From Kipferlia bialata (lineage: Eukaryota), in the NCBI GenBank assembly GCA_003568945.1, contig BDIP01000062.1:1-34837 (forward strand): DNA of 34,837 nt, written 5' to 3'. The notes below the pieces were generated by a model. It saw nothing but the letters and a program-made list of their open reading frames with translations, was not told the origin of the DNA and did no database searches. The position numbers and the translations under genes were made by a program. Positions 13,246-24,993 of this stretch are shown in pieces (the first letter of the stretch is position 1; every line of letters starts with the position of its first letter).

Positions 13246-13535
13246 ATGGAGCGACTAAGTCACTGCAATCATCATGTGTTTTTGCACAAAGGGTGCGACG
13301 TACAAACGTCCCAAACGTCTCACCGATCTCGGCTAGGTATAAATACTAATACACCTAGTGTCCCAGCCAGTCACACACAACCGGTTCAGACCATTTCAAT
13401 GATACAATCTATTGGCATTATCTCGGACCACGAAGCATCAACTGCCACCTCCAGGGAATCCAAGAAACAAGGGCATTTCTTGATAATGGTACTGAGAATA
13501 GCAGGCCTACTTCGCCTATACTGGCCGGAAGTACC

Positions 13536-14606
13536 CTAGAAACGCTCACTAGCTTGCTGATACGTTTTTAAGATGTCCCTTACCCTTTCTGCCGTGTCAG
13601 TGACCCTCTCCAGAGACTCTCTGCCGTGTCCTGGGGTGATGCAGCCCATGGACACCAGGTGGAGGTTGGGGAAGGCAGGGGAGTTGATTACGGACCCCAG
13701 CCAGTCAGCCATCTCGTCTGCTGACACATCAGGCCGCAGGATGAGTACAATGGGGTGAATTTGATGCCTACAGGTCAGCCCCCGTATCTCCCCGGCCACC
13801 TGTACCATGTAGAGGAGGGGGTGGAGTATGTCACTGACAGAGATTGGCTCGTCCGCATCGACACAACTGAGCACAACCTCATGTACACCCCTCACCATGG
13901 AGGAGGAATGGGGCTGCAGGGACACCGCCAACCGCTGGACAGATATGGATGGGAACTCTTGATATACACGCTCGATGGTCGCCAGCAGACCCTCTCTCTC
14001 CTCCCACTCGGAAGGGTCAAGCATCACAACCACAGTGGGCTGGGCGCCATTGAGGGGGATGGTAACCCTGCCCCCGTTTAGGGTGAGGCTGGTCTTCTGC
14101 TCCACAGTACGCTGGGTTGGCACTCCAAAGGGCCCTGGGGTGCCAGATCTGACGAAGGGACGCACGCCAGACACGGAAGGTGACGTGTATCCCCTATCTA
14201 GAGACTGGGAGGCGCGGGACTCTCTGATACTGGAGGGAGTGGCACACTCGTCAGCAATGAACCCCTCTGCATCCATGAGCTTCAGCATCTCCAGAGCTGG
14301 GGTTAGGAATAGGACTGGTAGAAACATAGGGATGATCGAGTACACATGTGTCACCGCTGACTCCTCTCTCTCAGACCCACCTGCTGCCTTCTGGGACATC
14401 TTCTTCTGCGCACACTCAGGACCCGTCGCCTCCCTGTCGAGAGACGGGTCTGTGTTGCTGAGAGAGACACTGACAGTCGACTGGAAGGCCACCGGGAACC
14501 TTGAGCTCTCTACTGTCTCTGACCGATACACAGGCAGCTCCAAGTGGTATTTGCTCATGTACTCCTGCAAGGTGTTCTTGGCAGTCTGAATTGAGAACTG
14601 GGACAT
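13536..14606 (-). CDS. Double-stranded RNA-binding domain (dsRBD) protein with an uncharacterised C-terminal domain
   Basis: AKNTLQEYMSKYHLELPVY...FQSTVSV...GPECAQKKMSQKAA|ALEML. Removing the 84-nt in-frame intron 14297-14380 (gtgggt...ctaaccccag) restores dsRBD helix 2. Confidence 0.85.
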   Translation of the reverse strand: MSQFSIQTAKNTLQEYMSKYHLELPVYRSETVESSRFPVAFQSTVSVSLSNTDPSLDREATGPECAQKKMSQKAAGGSEREESAVTHVYSIIPMFLPVLFLTPALEMLKLMDAEGFIADECATPSSIRESRASQSLDRGYTSPSVSGVRPFVRSGTPGPFGVPTQRTVEQKTSLTLNGGRVTIPLNGAQPTVVVMLDPSEWEEREGLLATIERVYQEFPSISVQRLAVSLQPHSSSMVRGVHEVVLSCVDADEPISVSDILHPLLYMVQVAGEIRGLTCRHQIHPIVLILRPDVSADEMADWLGSVINSPAFPNLHLVSMGCITPGHGRESLERVTDTAERVRDILKTYQQASERF

Positions 14607-14770
14607 CTCCTCTCCACCAGTTGAAAGGAGAGTTCCTCTGACAACTGTCAGAGTCAGAAGACACAGAACAAAGCTGACCAATCAATCAATTGATCTTCAA
14701 ATTGACTGAGTCAATCAATTCCCTCAAGACAAAGACTAGTTTCTCTGTGCTCTCTCCTTAGCATCAAATA

Positions 14771-15360
14771 ATGCCTGATGCCCTGCGCTGTTACCGGTAT
14801 ACTTCCATTGGAGGTTGGATCAGCGAAGTGACTGAGCGCTGTGACCTAATGGATGTGAATCTGAAGTGTTGCTTCTGTGACAGAGAGACCATGGTTGGGG
14901 CCAGGCTGTGCTTTCCCAAGGCAGAGCTCGATACACTGAAGGACACCCCCACACTCTTCTGCGTGATGTTGGTCAGCAGGTTCGTGAGGGTTATATGAGC
15001 ACATATCTCCCATGCTACATATATGTATCCGTCTTATTTCCCAGGCCATTCAAGGGTGGTTCATTCCTAGACGCGTCAGTGGTTGCTCTGTCTGCTCTCT
15101 CCGCCCAACCCAGTGTCGATGCAGGAGAGACGGGTGAGGACACGTTCAGGTCCTTGGTGTTTAACACAGTGGGTCTCATTAAGGCCGAGACTGGGCGTGC
15201 CGATCGTTCAGTGCGGGATCTTCAGTACCGGGACCTCAGCGACATATTTGGCAACCCAACCAGCAACACCGGGCCCAAGTGTGATCACATAGGGAGTGGG
15301 ACAGTGGATGACGATATTCCATGCTCCTTGATTCTCTCCGAGCGTGTGTTTAGCTCCTAG
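14771..15360 (+). CDS. Hypothetical protein, 2 exons; paralog of 15759-16311
   Basis: ATG 14771, phase-2 intron 14980-15044, TAG 15360; shares motifs with the neighbouring gene. Confidence 0.7.
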
Positions 15361-15758
15361 TTAGTGCATGTCTGGTTCATCCTCCACTTGAGAGATATCA
15401 CAGCCTAGAGGCTCTTCCGCTCTTCTCCTTCTCAGGGGTATGTTCGGGAGAGTCCTCTAGCGTGTGGTGTCTCACATGTGTGTTGGCAAGTATGCATTAC
15501 TAGTTATATGGCTATTAGCCTAATATATTGACAGTGTTTGAATAGAGAGTCCATCTATCACTTCTATATATCAATTTGTTGATAGATGTCGTTGTTGCAA
15601 CCAAGTTGGACATTAGATACGTATTCATTGCCGGCAGGTGGTTCAGACATAATGCAGTGGCGGTTTACGACTCTCAGCACTGACAGTCACCTTGAATATT
15701 AATAATCAATGATTTCAACATTGATTTCTCCCTATTTGCCACCCTCTCTTCACACTCA

Positions 15759-16311
15759 ATGAGTCTTGTAGGTGGAGGGCCATCATGGAGAGGAGCGTTT
15801 AGGTCCTTTGATGCCTGCTTTTCCGCACTGATGGATCCCAGTGTCGGGTGCAGCATCAAAGTATCCTTTGCCAACCGAGATACCATGATGTGCCACTTCA
15901 CCAAGGATCGCTTCCAATCCAGCTCACGCTCCACTCTGTTCTGCATAGTGGACATATTCAGGTATGTATGTATGTGATAGTGCTCAAGTACTCCGTGATA
16001 GCTTGTTTTGACACAGGCTTGGTGATGGAGAGAATCCATATGCAACGGGCCTGGTTCCAGTACCAGTGAGGCTGAGTGATTACGGTACCCCCTCCTCCCA
16101 GACCGAGGACCACCTGCCCTCCCTCGTTGTCGATGCCAGAGGGTTAGTGCAGGCAGCTCTGTCTCACCTGTGCCACCCTCTCCCACTCCCTGAGGTCACA
16201 TACTACGACACATGCGACATAGTGGAGGACAGGAGAGGATACCCATGGATAGCCGAGGGAATGGGCAGGGCCCTGCCATGGTTTCACAGAGATCCTGCCA
16301 ACGCCGAGTGA
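15759..16311 (+). CDS. Hypothetical protein, 2 exons; paralog of 14771-15360
   Basis: ATG 15759, phase-2 intron 15962-16016 at the homologous position (after TLFC.....R), TGA 16311. Confidence 0.7.
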
Positions 16312-16320
16312 AGGGTCAGG

Positions 16321-16331
16321 GAGAGAGAGAG

Positions 16332-16379
<48 letters not shown>
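16321..16379. repeat. (GA)n microsatellite
   Basis: Directly visible just after the stop codon. Confidence 0.95.
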
Positions 16380-16381
<2 letters not shown>

Positions 16382-16706
16382 GTTGTGTCACCACAGTATC
16401 CGTCCTACTTTGGGTAGAGGCCTACTCACCCTGAGTACCCGTGATCTATCATTCCCTGAGCCTCAATGGCTCTGGGAACGATCGGAATACGGGAATTCAG
16501 GGAGTGCAGCCTTTCTCCATTTGGATGTATGGTATTGAGGTTACAACTCTGTTTGTATTGACAGATAGTACAGAGCTACAAGGTAGCTAGTTATCTGCTA
16601 TGTCGTTATAGTAATAAATACATATATATATATAGTGTTTTGTTCACTCAGTTCACTACTGTCTTCCCTGAACGATATTAGAACACTCTCTCTATTGGCC
16701 CAGTCT

Positions 16707-19700
16707 CTACTTGGAGGGTGAGACCTGGCCGGGTGGCCTTCTCTTGACTGCCCTTCCAGAGTGGATCTCAGAGGGGTGGGACTTATCCCTGAAGGAGACC
16801 TTGCCCGAGGGTCTGGAGAGCCTGGGTGTCAGAGCTGATATATACTGATAAAGTGATAGATGCCTGTGCATACAGTACCTGGGTCTGGAGGCCGGTGTGT
16901 CCAGACGCATACCCCCTGGCAGGTGCCTGCTGATGGCCCTACTCAACAGACACACAAAGGCATCACTCATGCCCATGGCTGGGGATGAGGGGGATAGGGG
17001 TGAGGGGGTGAGGGGGATAGGGGTGAGGGGGGAAGGGGGGGTGGGGGTCAGAGTAGAGGCTATACATATACCCATCCCCACCTGTCTGTGTCTGGGTGGC
17101 ATCCACGCTAGTCAGGGAGGGGAGGGTGAAGGACCTCTTGATAATGAGGTCGGGCTCAAGACCTACAGGTGAGGATGGGTAGAGTTGTTCTGGCATATTG
17201 AAGGAGTAAACACAATAATACGTACCCACAAGATCGTCCTTGACATACACTATCTCATCCTTGCGCTCTGACGTGTCCCACACATGCAGGAACCTGGGTG
17301 AGGGGAGGGGAGAGGTGCTCATGTATATACAGACGGGTATCATATAGATATTGGGGTATAGAGGCATAATGCAGTCACACACCTGTCTGAGTACCGCCTG
17401 AGTATGAGATACTCCGATGCACAGTCAAAGCAGTGGTCTAAAGAGTGGCATTCGTGCACGGGCAGGGGGTGGTGGTAGGAGGACACACTGAGAGTGAGGG
17501 AAGACTTGACTTAACTTGACTTGTCACACAGCGGTTATACACATAGCATGACGCACCGAGTAACTGTGTTGAACTGGAACATCTGCCTCTCGTGCTCCAG
17601 GGAGTTGTACTCTACTAGACCATAGTCCTCTGCTAGTCTGTCTAGACACTCCTGGTCCATATCAGGCAGCACATCCTGGGGTCAGGGGGTGGTCCATATA
17701 TACACTCCACTCAACCACGCCCACCTTGTGCTTGGCGTACACTGCCTCTGCGTCCAGTTCCTGTCTCTGCACCTTGGGGAAGGAGGAGACAAGAGGGGGT
17801 ATCGATGATGGCTTCATGTCCACTACTCTGACCTCTGTTTCCTGCTCTTCAGCCGCAGTATCAACCTTAGCCCCAGCCTCAGCCTCCTCTCTCGCCTTCT
17901 TGTCTGCGTCTCTCTTCCTCACAAACAGTCTGCACTCTGTCGTGGTCTGGGGTCCAAAGGCAGGGAGCATCACCTCTCCCTTAGGTCCTGGGACCACCTC
18001 CATCTGCTGCTTGATCTCTGGTCTGCACACACTGGGCCAGGGGGGTCTGGGGGGAGAGACTACACACACTCATAGACAGATATATAGATAGATATGGACA
18101 TAGATGTATTTACATTGACACACACTGGGCCAGGGGGGTCTGGAAGGAGAGGGGGGGGGGGACGTGGATAGAGGTCCTATAGAATATACATCATGCCATA
18201 ATCATTACATATACGACACCATCCACCCAACCCCTCCATACCTCCACTTGAGCAGGGCTGCCTCTGGTCTCAGCTGGGACAGCCATCTGTACTGGGCAAG
18301 CATATCGGCCCACACCCAGTCCTCGGTGTCACTGGGGGTCAGGGCTGGGGTATATATCCACTATATATATTATTGTCACACAGTAATAGCTGGTGGTGCC
18401 AGAGCTGCACAAAATACTTATGGAATTGAATAGTATAGTATCGTATACTGGTATGAACACTGTGCTGGCGTACGCTGTGATCTGCTCCAGGGGGGATGCA
18501 GTGCGGATGTCGGATATCAGGAAGAGGGGGAGGGACTCAACGTCATTCAGACGCTCCCTAGTGTAAGTAAGCTATAATCGACGACCGAAACAGTGAATGA
18601 TATCCAGATACCATACCCTAAGCCACTCTATGGGGAAAACATCCAGTGATCCAGAGATCTGCAATATCATGAGCCACCCGATAGGAATACCTATATACAT
18701 ATATACACTCATACCCACCTCACCACCATGGCAGCTGCGTCAGTGAAGCACTGTCTCCTGCACGATATGCGGCCTGATCCCATGGGTCCTGCATAGGGCG
18801 AGGGGTCCCATAACTCAAAGGCGGCGCAGGGGAACATCTCTGCCAGGATGGGTATCTGGTGCCCAGGGGCAGAGCCTATAAGCAGAACGATGGCTGGGGT
18901 GTTGGGGGTCAGAACCTGGGGGGTCAGAGTTGGCATAGTCACTTCAAACTAACTCGCTGATGTCGCCTTCTGCATACCTCAGTGAGAAACTCAATCTCTG
19001 CCAGGAGTAGCTTCCGCTGCTTCCAGTTTAGTGCTGTCTTCGACATGCCATGCCTTCTGCGGTACTCCTGGCCTAGGGGTGAGAAATGGTGGTGGAGGGT
19101 AGGGTATATAGTGGTACTAAGGTAACTATCACAGAATGCAGTCCGCTCTGTGTATAAACACACCCTCACCTGGGGCATCCACGGCCAGAGACCTCTGCAG
19201 CTCAGACAGCTCGTGTCTATGGAGTGAGAGACTTGTATATATGATAGAGAGAGTGTCACGTATAATAATAGGTGGGTCGCTAGGGCAGACCAAAACATCA
19301 AGACGACCTCTATGACTCACTCAGATATACCTTGGTGGCATCTTGCCGTCATTCTCCACTGTCTGCAGGGTGTGGGGGTTGGTGGCAGGCAGGGCCCACT
19401 CCGGCACACCCTCTGTGGACACATCCTCAACAGCAAAGCGGAACTTGTCACGGACAACACGGTTAGACCTGGAGTGGGTTGCAGACACAATTCAGAAGTG
19501 ATCCATGTACATACCCTGGAGTCCTGTTGGGTAGGCTAACTCTGGGCCTGTTGGAGTCATATGTACGACCGGATCCCCGAGATCTAGGGGGTGAGAAGGA
19601 ATATCGCAATAATATGGCAATGACTGGACCCAAGGCTGACACACGTCAAATACACACCTGTCGCCATACCCTCCCCGAGAGTCCCCTCTAGGGGTGCGGT

Positions 19701-20174
19701 CCCTGTCGTCTCTCCTGTCCCTTCCCCTGTCGTCTCTTCTGTCCCTCCCTCTCTCCCTCCTCTCTCCTCTAGCTCTGTATCCATATCCCCTGTCATCATC
19801 ACGGTCGAACCCATAGTCTCTCCTGTCCCTGTCCCGTCCACGCCCCCTCTCCCTGTCTCTCCCCCTCCCCTGGTCTGGGGTCCTGTCACTCTCTCTCCCC
19901 CTCTTTCTTCCTAGGTCAGAGAGAGACACGTCCTGGTACCTAGGGGTTAGAGAGAGAGAGCCACTTGCAGTTTGATACTGCATATACTACCCTACCTGTC
20001 ATCAGGGGAAGCGTCCATCCTCCTCTCCCTCTCATATCTGCTCCTGACCCTGTTGTCGTGGTCCCTCTCTCTCTCCCTCTCCCTCTCACTCTTCTGGACA
20101 GGGGGTGAGGAGTCCTCAGACAGCAGAGCCTCAATCTCCGCATCCTCCAAGTCTATATCACTTATCTCCGACAT
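16707..20174 (-). CDS. Cap-specific mRNA 2'-O-methyltransferase of the poxvirus VP39 / trypanosome MTr2-type family (Pfam PARP_regulatory), with an N-terminal Arg/Asp-rich region
   Basis: Exons give EYRRRHGMSKTALNWKQRKLLLAEIEFLTE, IVLLIGSAPGHQI..FELWDP (SAM loop), LFLISDIRT, WLSQLRPEAALLKWR|PPW, GEVMLPAFGPQTTTECRLFV, QMFQFNT and LDHCFDCASEYLIL. The K-D-K-E catalytic tetrad appears intact. Start MSEISDIDLED at 20174. Confidence 0.9.
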
Positions 20175-20283
20175 GTCTTTACTCTCTCTCCCGTCCTTGG
20201 TGTGGGAGAGATGCCTGGAGAGACATGGCTGTGAGTGACTTGGATCTTTTTCTTCCTGGTCCCTTTCTCCTTCGATCCTGACA
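20175..20283. promoter_or_regulatory. Probable bidirectional promoter between the cap methyltransferase and the RNA triphosphatase
   Basis: Only 109 bp separate the two divergent first ATGs. Confidence 0.55.
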
Positions 20284-22810
20284 ATGGGAGTTGCGCACCT
20301 CTTTCCTCTACACATACTGAACCAGGAGATGAGTGATGGGGCGGCACAGGCCGTGTCACAGGAGCCCCAAGCCAAGAGGACACCTGGGGATGGTGTGCAT
20401 GTGGTGAAGACAGAGGCACCCCAGGCTATACCCGTCAAGGCAGAGGGTGCCCCTGTCCAGCCCACACCCACAGCACAGAGAGGGGGGCAGAGGGAGGCAC
20501 CTGCCAAGCCTAAGCCACAGACTGCTGAGGGGGATAAGAATGATGTGGCTGGTGCCATTAGGCCACGGAGAGCGCACCCTGACCTACTGTACCCCAGTAC
20601 TCTGGTAAGCATACTACTACTGCTTACAGAGAAGGGGGGGGGGGGGGGTTATGCCATTCATGCTGTTCTTTCTTATTGTACCTGACTTCAGCTGAGCCCT
20701 GTGGCCCCTCTTCCCCCTCTGTTTGCAAGTGTGGCCAGGTACGTATGTTGTGTACACAACGGTACGGTATCATTATCTCAGTTTAACTATGCCACACATT
20801 ATTATTTCACCTACTCAATGCAGGTTCATAGAGATTGCTCTCAGGAGTAAGACATACTGCAACGTGCCGGATATCCATGGCAATGTGGATCCAGACGGCC
20901 CAACCCTAGGTACTCAAGCAGTAACTCTGTCCTGTTGGCCATATACTGTATTATATACTGTATTGCCCATTCACCCCTCACTCCCTAGAGCTTGAGTTCC
21001 GTCTGGGTGTCCTGAGGTGGCAGCAGCATGCACTCAGTGCAGCCAGGTACATGTATATATAGTCATACATACTAGTGTGTATTAGTGACCCCTATGCCAC
21101 TCTCTCTCTCTCTCTCTCTCTCCATATATGTTCATATATGTATATATATATATATATATATATACCTATATCCCCCCCCTGACCCCCAGGGCCGAGGAGT
21201 GGTACATGGCATCTAAGGAGGACAGCACTGCCCCTCTACCTAGGTTCCCAGGTAGGGGTCACGCCCATTTGATAGCACCTGATACACCCTCTCTCTCTCT
21301 CTCTCTCTCCCGCCCACCCCAGGCACTGTGCTGTCTGAGGCTGTGGTGGGTATGGAGTCTGTAGGGCCTGAGGATGGAGGCCTGCCCTTCCTATTCGAGG
21401 CATCCATAGAGGCACAGGTGGGTGTATCTAGAGAGTGTGCAATGCACATTAGTCCCCCTGTGGTGAAAAATTGAATGAAGCCTCTCACACTCAGGACTAC
21501 GATAGGCTAGATCTCGCTGCCCGTACAGCTGTACTCAGGAGTAGCAACAGGTATCTACGCGATTGTGTATTGCATACACGTAGCCTTGTCGTACCCGCAA
21601 ATATCGACATATGCGTCTATCGCTATACACATACCATGTACACCTATATATACCTAACCTCACCCTGTAGGCAGGGCATCATGGAGACTGCTGTGGGCCA
21701 GAGGATGGGAGGGCCCCAGAAGGAGAAGGGGAGTGCCGTGGACACACACCGGCAGAAGGGGGGGTTCACTCTGTTTGAGAGTGAGACCAACAAGGAGATC
21801 ACGCATGACGTCAGGGACATGCTATGGGCCAGGGTCAGACAGGTAAGGGGGGTGGAAGGTTATATTGGTAAGTTGTCTATAGGCAACCCGGCCTCCAATC
21901 ATCCTACTTGTCTATAACCCTAGGACGTCTTGAACGTAGGTGCAGACGGAGAGAAGGCAAGACCCGTCATGAAGCAGACGCTCAGGTACTATGGTATAGA
22001 TCACATAGAATCTATCACTGTATATGTATTACCATGCATTGTTTGGGACAATCCTCCCTACAATCTCTCTCTGTATTGGTACGACCTGCCTCACGCCAGG
22101 GTCGTCAACATCTCAGTCCCGCATGGGCCCTATGACCTGAGGCTGGCCTGTTCCACCGAGCAGGAGCTGACCGAGGAGGCACTGAATGTGAGTGGTATCG
22201 TGTAGACTCAGAGACAGTATTCACCTCTCCTATTTTCTGTACCTCTCACCACACAGTCGTATGTGCTTCGTAACCCGTCCACGCGTATCAAGGAGCGTAT
22301 CTCTGCCATCAGTGGTCTATGTAGACTGGATCTGACAAAGACAGAGGGGGAGGAGTATGAGGTAGGAGGCATTCAGTATTTAGTATCTGCATATGTACAT
22401 AGACACGCTCCCTTCACTGTATCTATACCTCCACTCTCTCTTACCGTGTAGGCCCTCGAGGCTGAGGTTGAGCTGATGGGTGTGCCTGAACTGGCCAAGG
22501 CCTACAACTACAAGCTGCGGACCCATGACTCGGGTCCCTTCCATGCAGTTGTCATGCACTTCCTGCAGACAGCTAGGTATAGGGGGGTATACAGTGGTAG
22601 TGTTGCTATTAGTCTAATAGTGTCCGTACACTCTCCTATAAATACATATATTCACACCCCTTACTGCAGACAGCAAGGTATCTAGAAGGTGGTGATGTAC
22701 AGGGTGTGGTGTTGCTTGTGTTCCTAGTCTCTATACACACCCCTTCTGATGCCTAGGTGTATCCTTAGGACAGCAGCTGGAACATGGAGGCTCCACACAC
22801 CCCACCCTGA
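20284..22810 (+). CDS. CET1: Cet1-type (triphosphate tunnel metalloenzyme/CYTH) RNA 5'-triphosphatase, multi-exon
   Basis: Motif A ELEFRLG (about 20988-21008), FLFEASI, WARVRQ, VMKQTLR|VVNISVPHGPYDLRLACSTE, motif B RIKERIS...RLDLT, motif C LEAEVE and C-terminal FLQTAR|CILR. The start may instead be the ATG at 20329. The last-exon frame is inferred. Confidence 0.85.
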
Positions 22811-23837
22811 CCTGCTTAAGACTTAGGGGAAGGGTGTAAGAGACATACAATCCGACACTTCAGGGAGTCATCCCTATTCGTTGTCATCGTTGAGTCCACT
22901 ATGCCACAAAGCTAGACCCTCTGGGTTTCTGTTTGAGAGGGCCAGATTACATGTCACTTCCCTCATTTGGCTACTACGTTTAGCCTTATCACTGAGGGTT
23001 GTTGTGTTACATCCCAGCAGTGTGGGTATGAGAACTCCAAACGACCCAGTGTGTGAGGTGGCCAGATTACTTTCATACTGGGTCATATATATGGATCTTC
23101 CCAGTGGATGACTGATACTTGGGTGACAATTGTTGGGCCCTGTCGTGAAATAGAAACACCCTTCCAGTATCAAAACACATTCTTTTGTATTCGAGTGTCC
23201 TGTGTAAGTGGCTGAGACCTACTTACCCTGGTGAGAATGATTGCCCAGAAGCAGTACAAATAACGTGTCCGTAAGCACCAGTAAAAATTTCTCCTTATCA
23301 AGCACCCCCTATACTCTCACTCTCACAAGCAAAGATTCTCTTTGTTAAATAATTGCTCTTGATCCACACCAATGGAAGAGTACCAGGATAACTAAAGGGC
23401 TGATCTGTGTGTGGCACTGAGATATAGTGGCTGTTCTACTACTGAGCTTCAGCAATGCTGAATCAGCATATACTATGGGACCCTACTGACGTTGCATTGC
23501 ATATACTGTGACAGCCTGGCACTGACAGGTGAACCACTACTTAAGAATCAGAAAGACTTGTGGAAAACTCGAAGCACTTCAGTGTCAAGATACTCTCTTT
23601 ATGGATGTCCGTGAGATGAGATCTTCTATATATGTTGTGCCACTTAACGCGTCTTCACACAAGTCTGAATTGTCTATTTAGTCCTGTCCAGCTACTATAA
23701 CCACGACATCTGCCACTCTCTGTCCAACCACTGCAGAGTGTCAGTGTGACAAGACTCTTTCCATGAACACCTGTCACAAAGGTGAGGGAGCAGGACTACT
23801 CAGTGAGTGGTACTGTCCCTTAAGTGAAGGATCCCCC

Positions 23838-24993
23838 TCACTCCATGCCGATGTCCTTGATGTAGTCCCAGGACTGGGGTCAGATGGGTATACGATACTT
23901 CTCTATATATATGGGCATCTATATGGTGGTGGGTGTCTAGCACGTGGGTCAGGAGTTGTACGATACTAATAGAGGCACTTCCTGGAGGACTTGAGCCTGC
24001 TGGACCCACCTTCTGCACCTCCCTCCCTCCTGTCAGTCTGGTGGGGTCTATCTCCCTGGCCCACTTGGCAACCTGCAGGAGGGACTGGGGTGAGGGAGAC
24101 CAATGCTTACTTAGCATAGAATGCCGCTGTGACGTAGTGTAGAGATGGGTAAGAACAAGGTTACCGCTGGGTATATGAGTGGCGTCAATTTGAACACTAG
24201 CAATGTACCTTGATCATCTCAGTGTGCAGGTCATCGTCTCCCTTGTTGTTGGGGGAGGCCTGCACCTGGCCCCTAAAGTCAGAGACCTCCTTGCCAAAGA
24301 CCCTGCGGTGGGATGAGGACATATCCAAAAGAGACGAACAAATACACTTGGATCAAAGTGTGGTGTTACTCGTTACCACTCTATCTATGCCGTACATGAG
24401 CAGGGCAAGGAACTTGACGGCCATCTCAGGGTAGACACTCTCGATATTGGACTTCTGGAGGAACCTAGCTGTGTGGGCCTAGGGGTGAGAGGCAGAGGTG
24501 TCGGAACCATAGAACCAAACGTTACACGATCAAGTGGATACTATTCTACTTGTTCAATATATGATCCGCATCAGCTCACCGCCTCCAGATATATGGACTG
24601 CACACACTCATAAAGCATCCACTCACCAGCACCCTCTCAGCTGTGTCCAGGAAGTCGGGGTGGTCCATCATGGTCATTAGGAGGAGGCGGGTGGTTATCC
24701 AGTTGCGGTCTGGTGGGTAAGGGTAAGAGGGTAGGGGAGATAGGGTGTTACACACTGCCTCATACAGTTAATGTGTGAAATTGTAGGGTGTGTCTTCATA
24801 CCTGAGGCTCCCTTGGGGGTGGTTGTGATCTTGTTCTGGGGTGAGATGGATATGGGTGTAGTCAACATGCTGATACTGATCTATAAATAGGTACCAGCTC
24901 GGACACAAAACGTACCCCCATGTCGACCTCTGTTCTCCGCGTCTGTCTGACATTGCTGGGGGAGGACCTGTTGGATGAGTTGGATGCTCCCAT
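23838..24993 (-). CDS. Tandem paralog A of an unknown family with an N-myristoylation motif (MGASNS)
   Basis: Exons MGASNSSNRSSPSNVRQTRRTEVDMG|NKITTTPKGAS|DRNWITTRLLLMTMMDHPDFLDTAERVL|AHTARFLQKSNIESVYPEMAVKFLALL|VFGKEVSDFRGQVQASPNNKGDDDLHTEMIK|SLLQVAKWAREIDPTRLTGGREVQK|SWDYIKDIGME*. Confidence 0.85.

Noticed and set aside
7414..14589. Long antisense ORFs (7414-7950, 11058-11567, 12608-13153, 13975-14589)
   Set aside because: These are shadows of GC-rich exons on the opposite strand with no recognisable motifs.
22670..22677. Possible 8-nt microexon (ACAGCAAG) in the triphosphatase
   Set aside because: It lies in a duplicate of the upstream donor junction. Skipping it gives FLQTARCILR, which better resembles Cet1 C-termini. 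It cannot be excluded without RNA-seq.
16707..22810. Recent endogenous giant-virus insertion
   Set aside because: Both genes have many host-type introns and host-like composition, and no capsid, polymerase, integrase or terminal repeats are nearby. Only an ancient origin remains possible.
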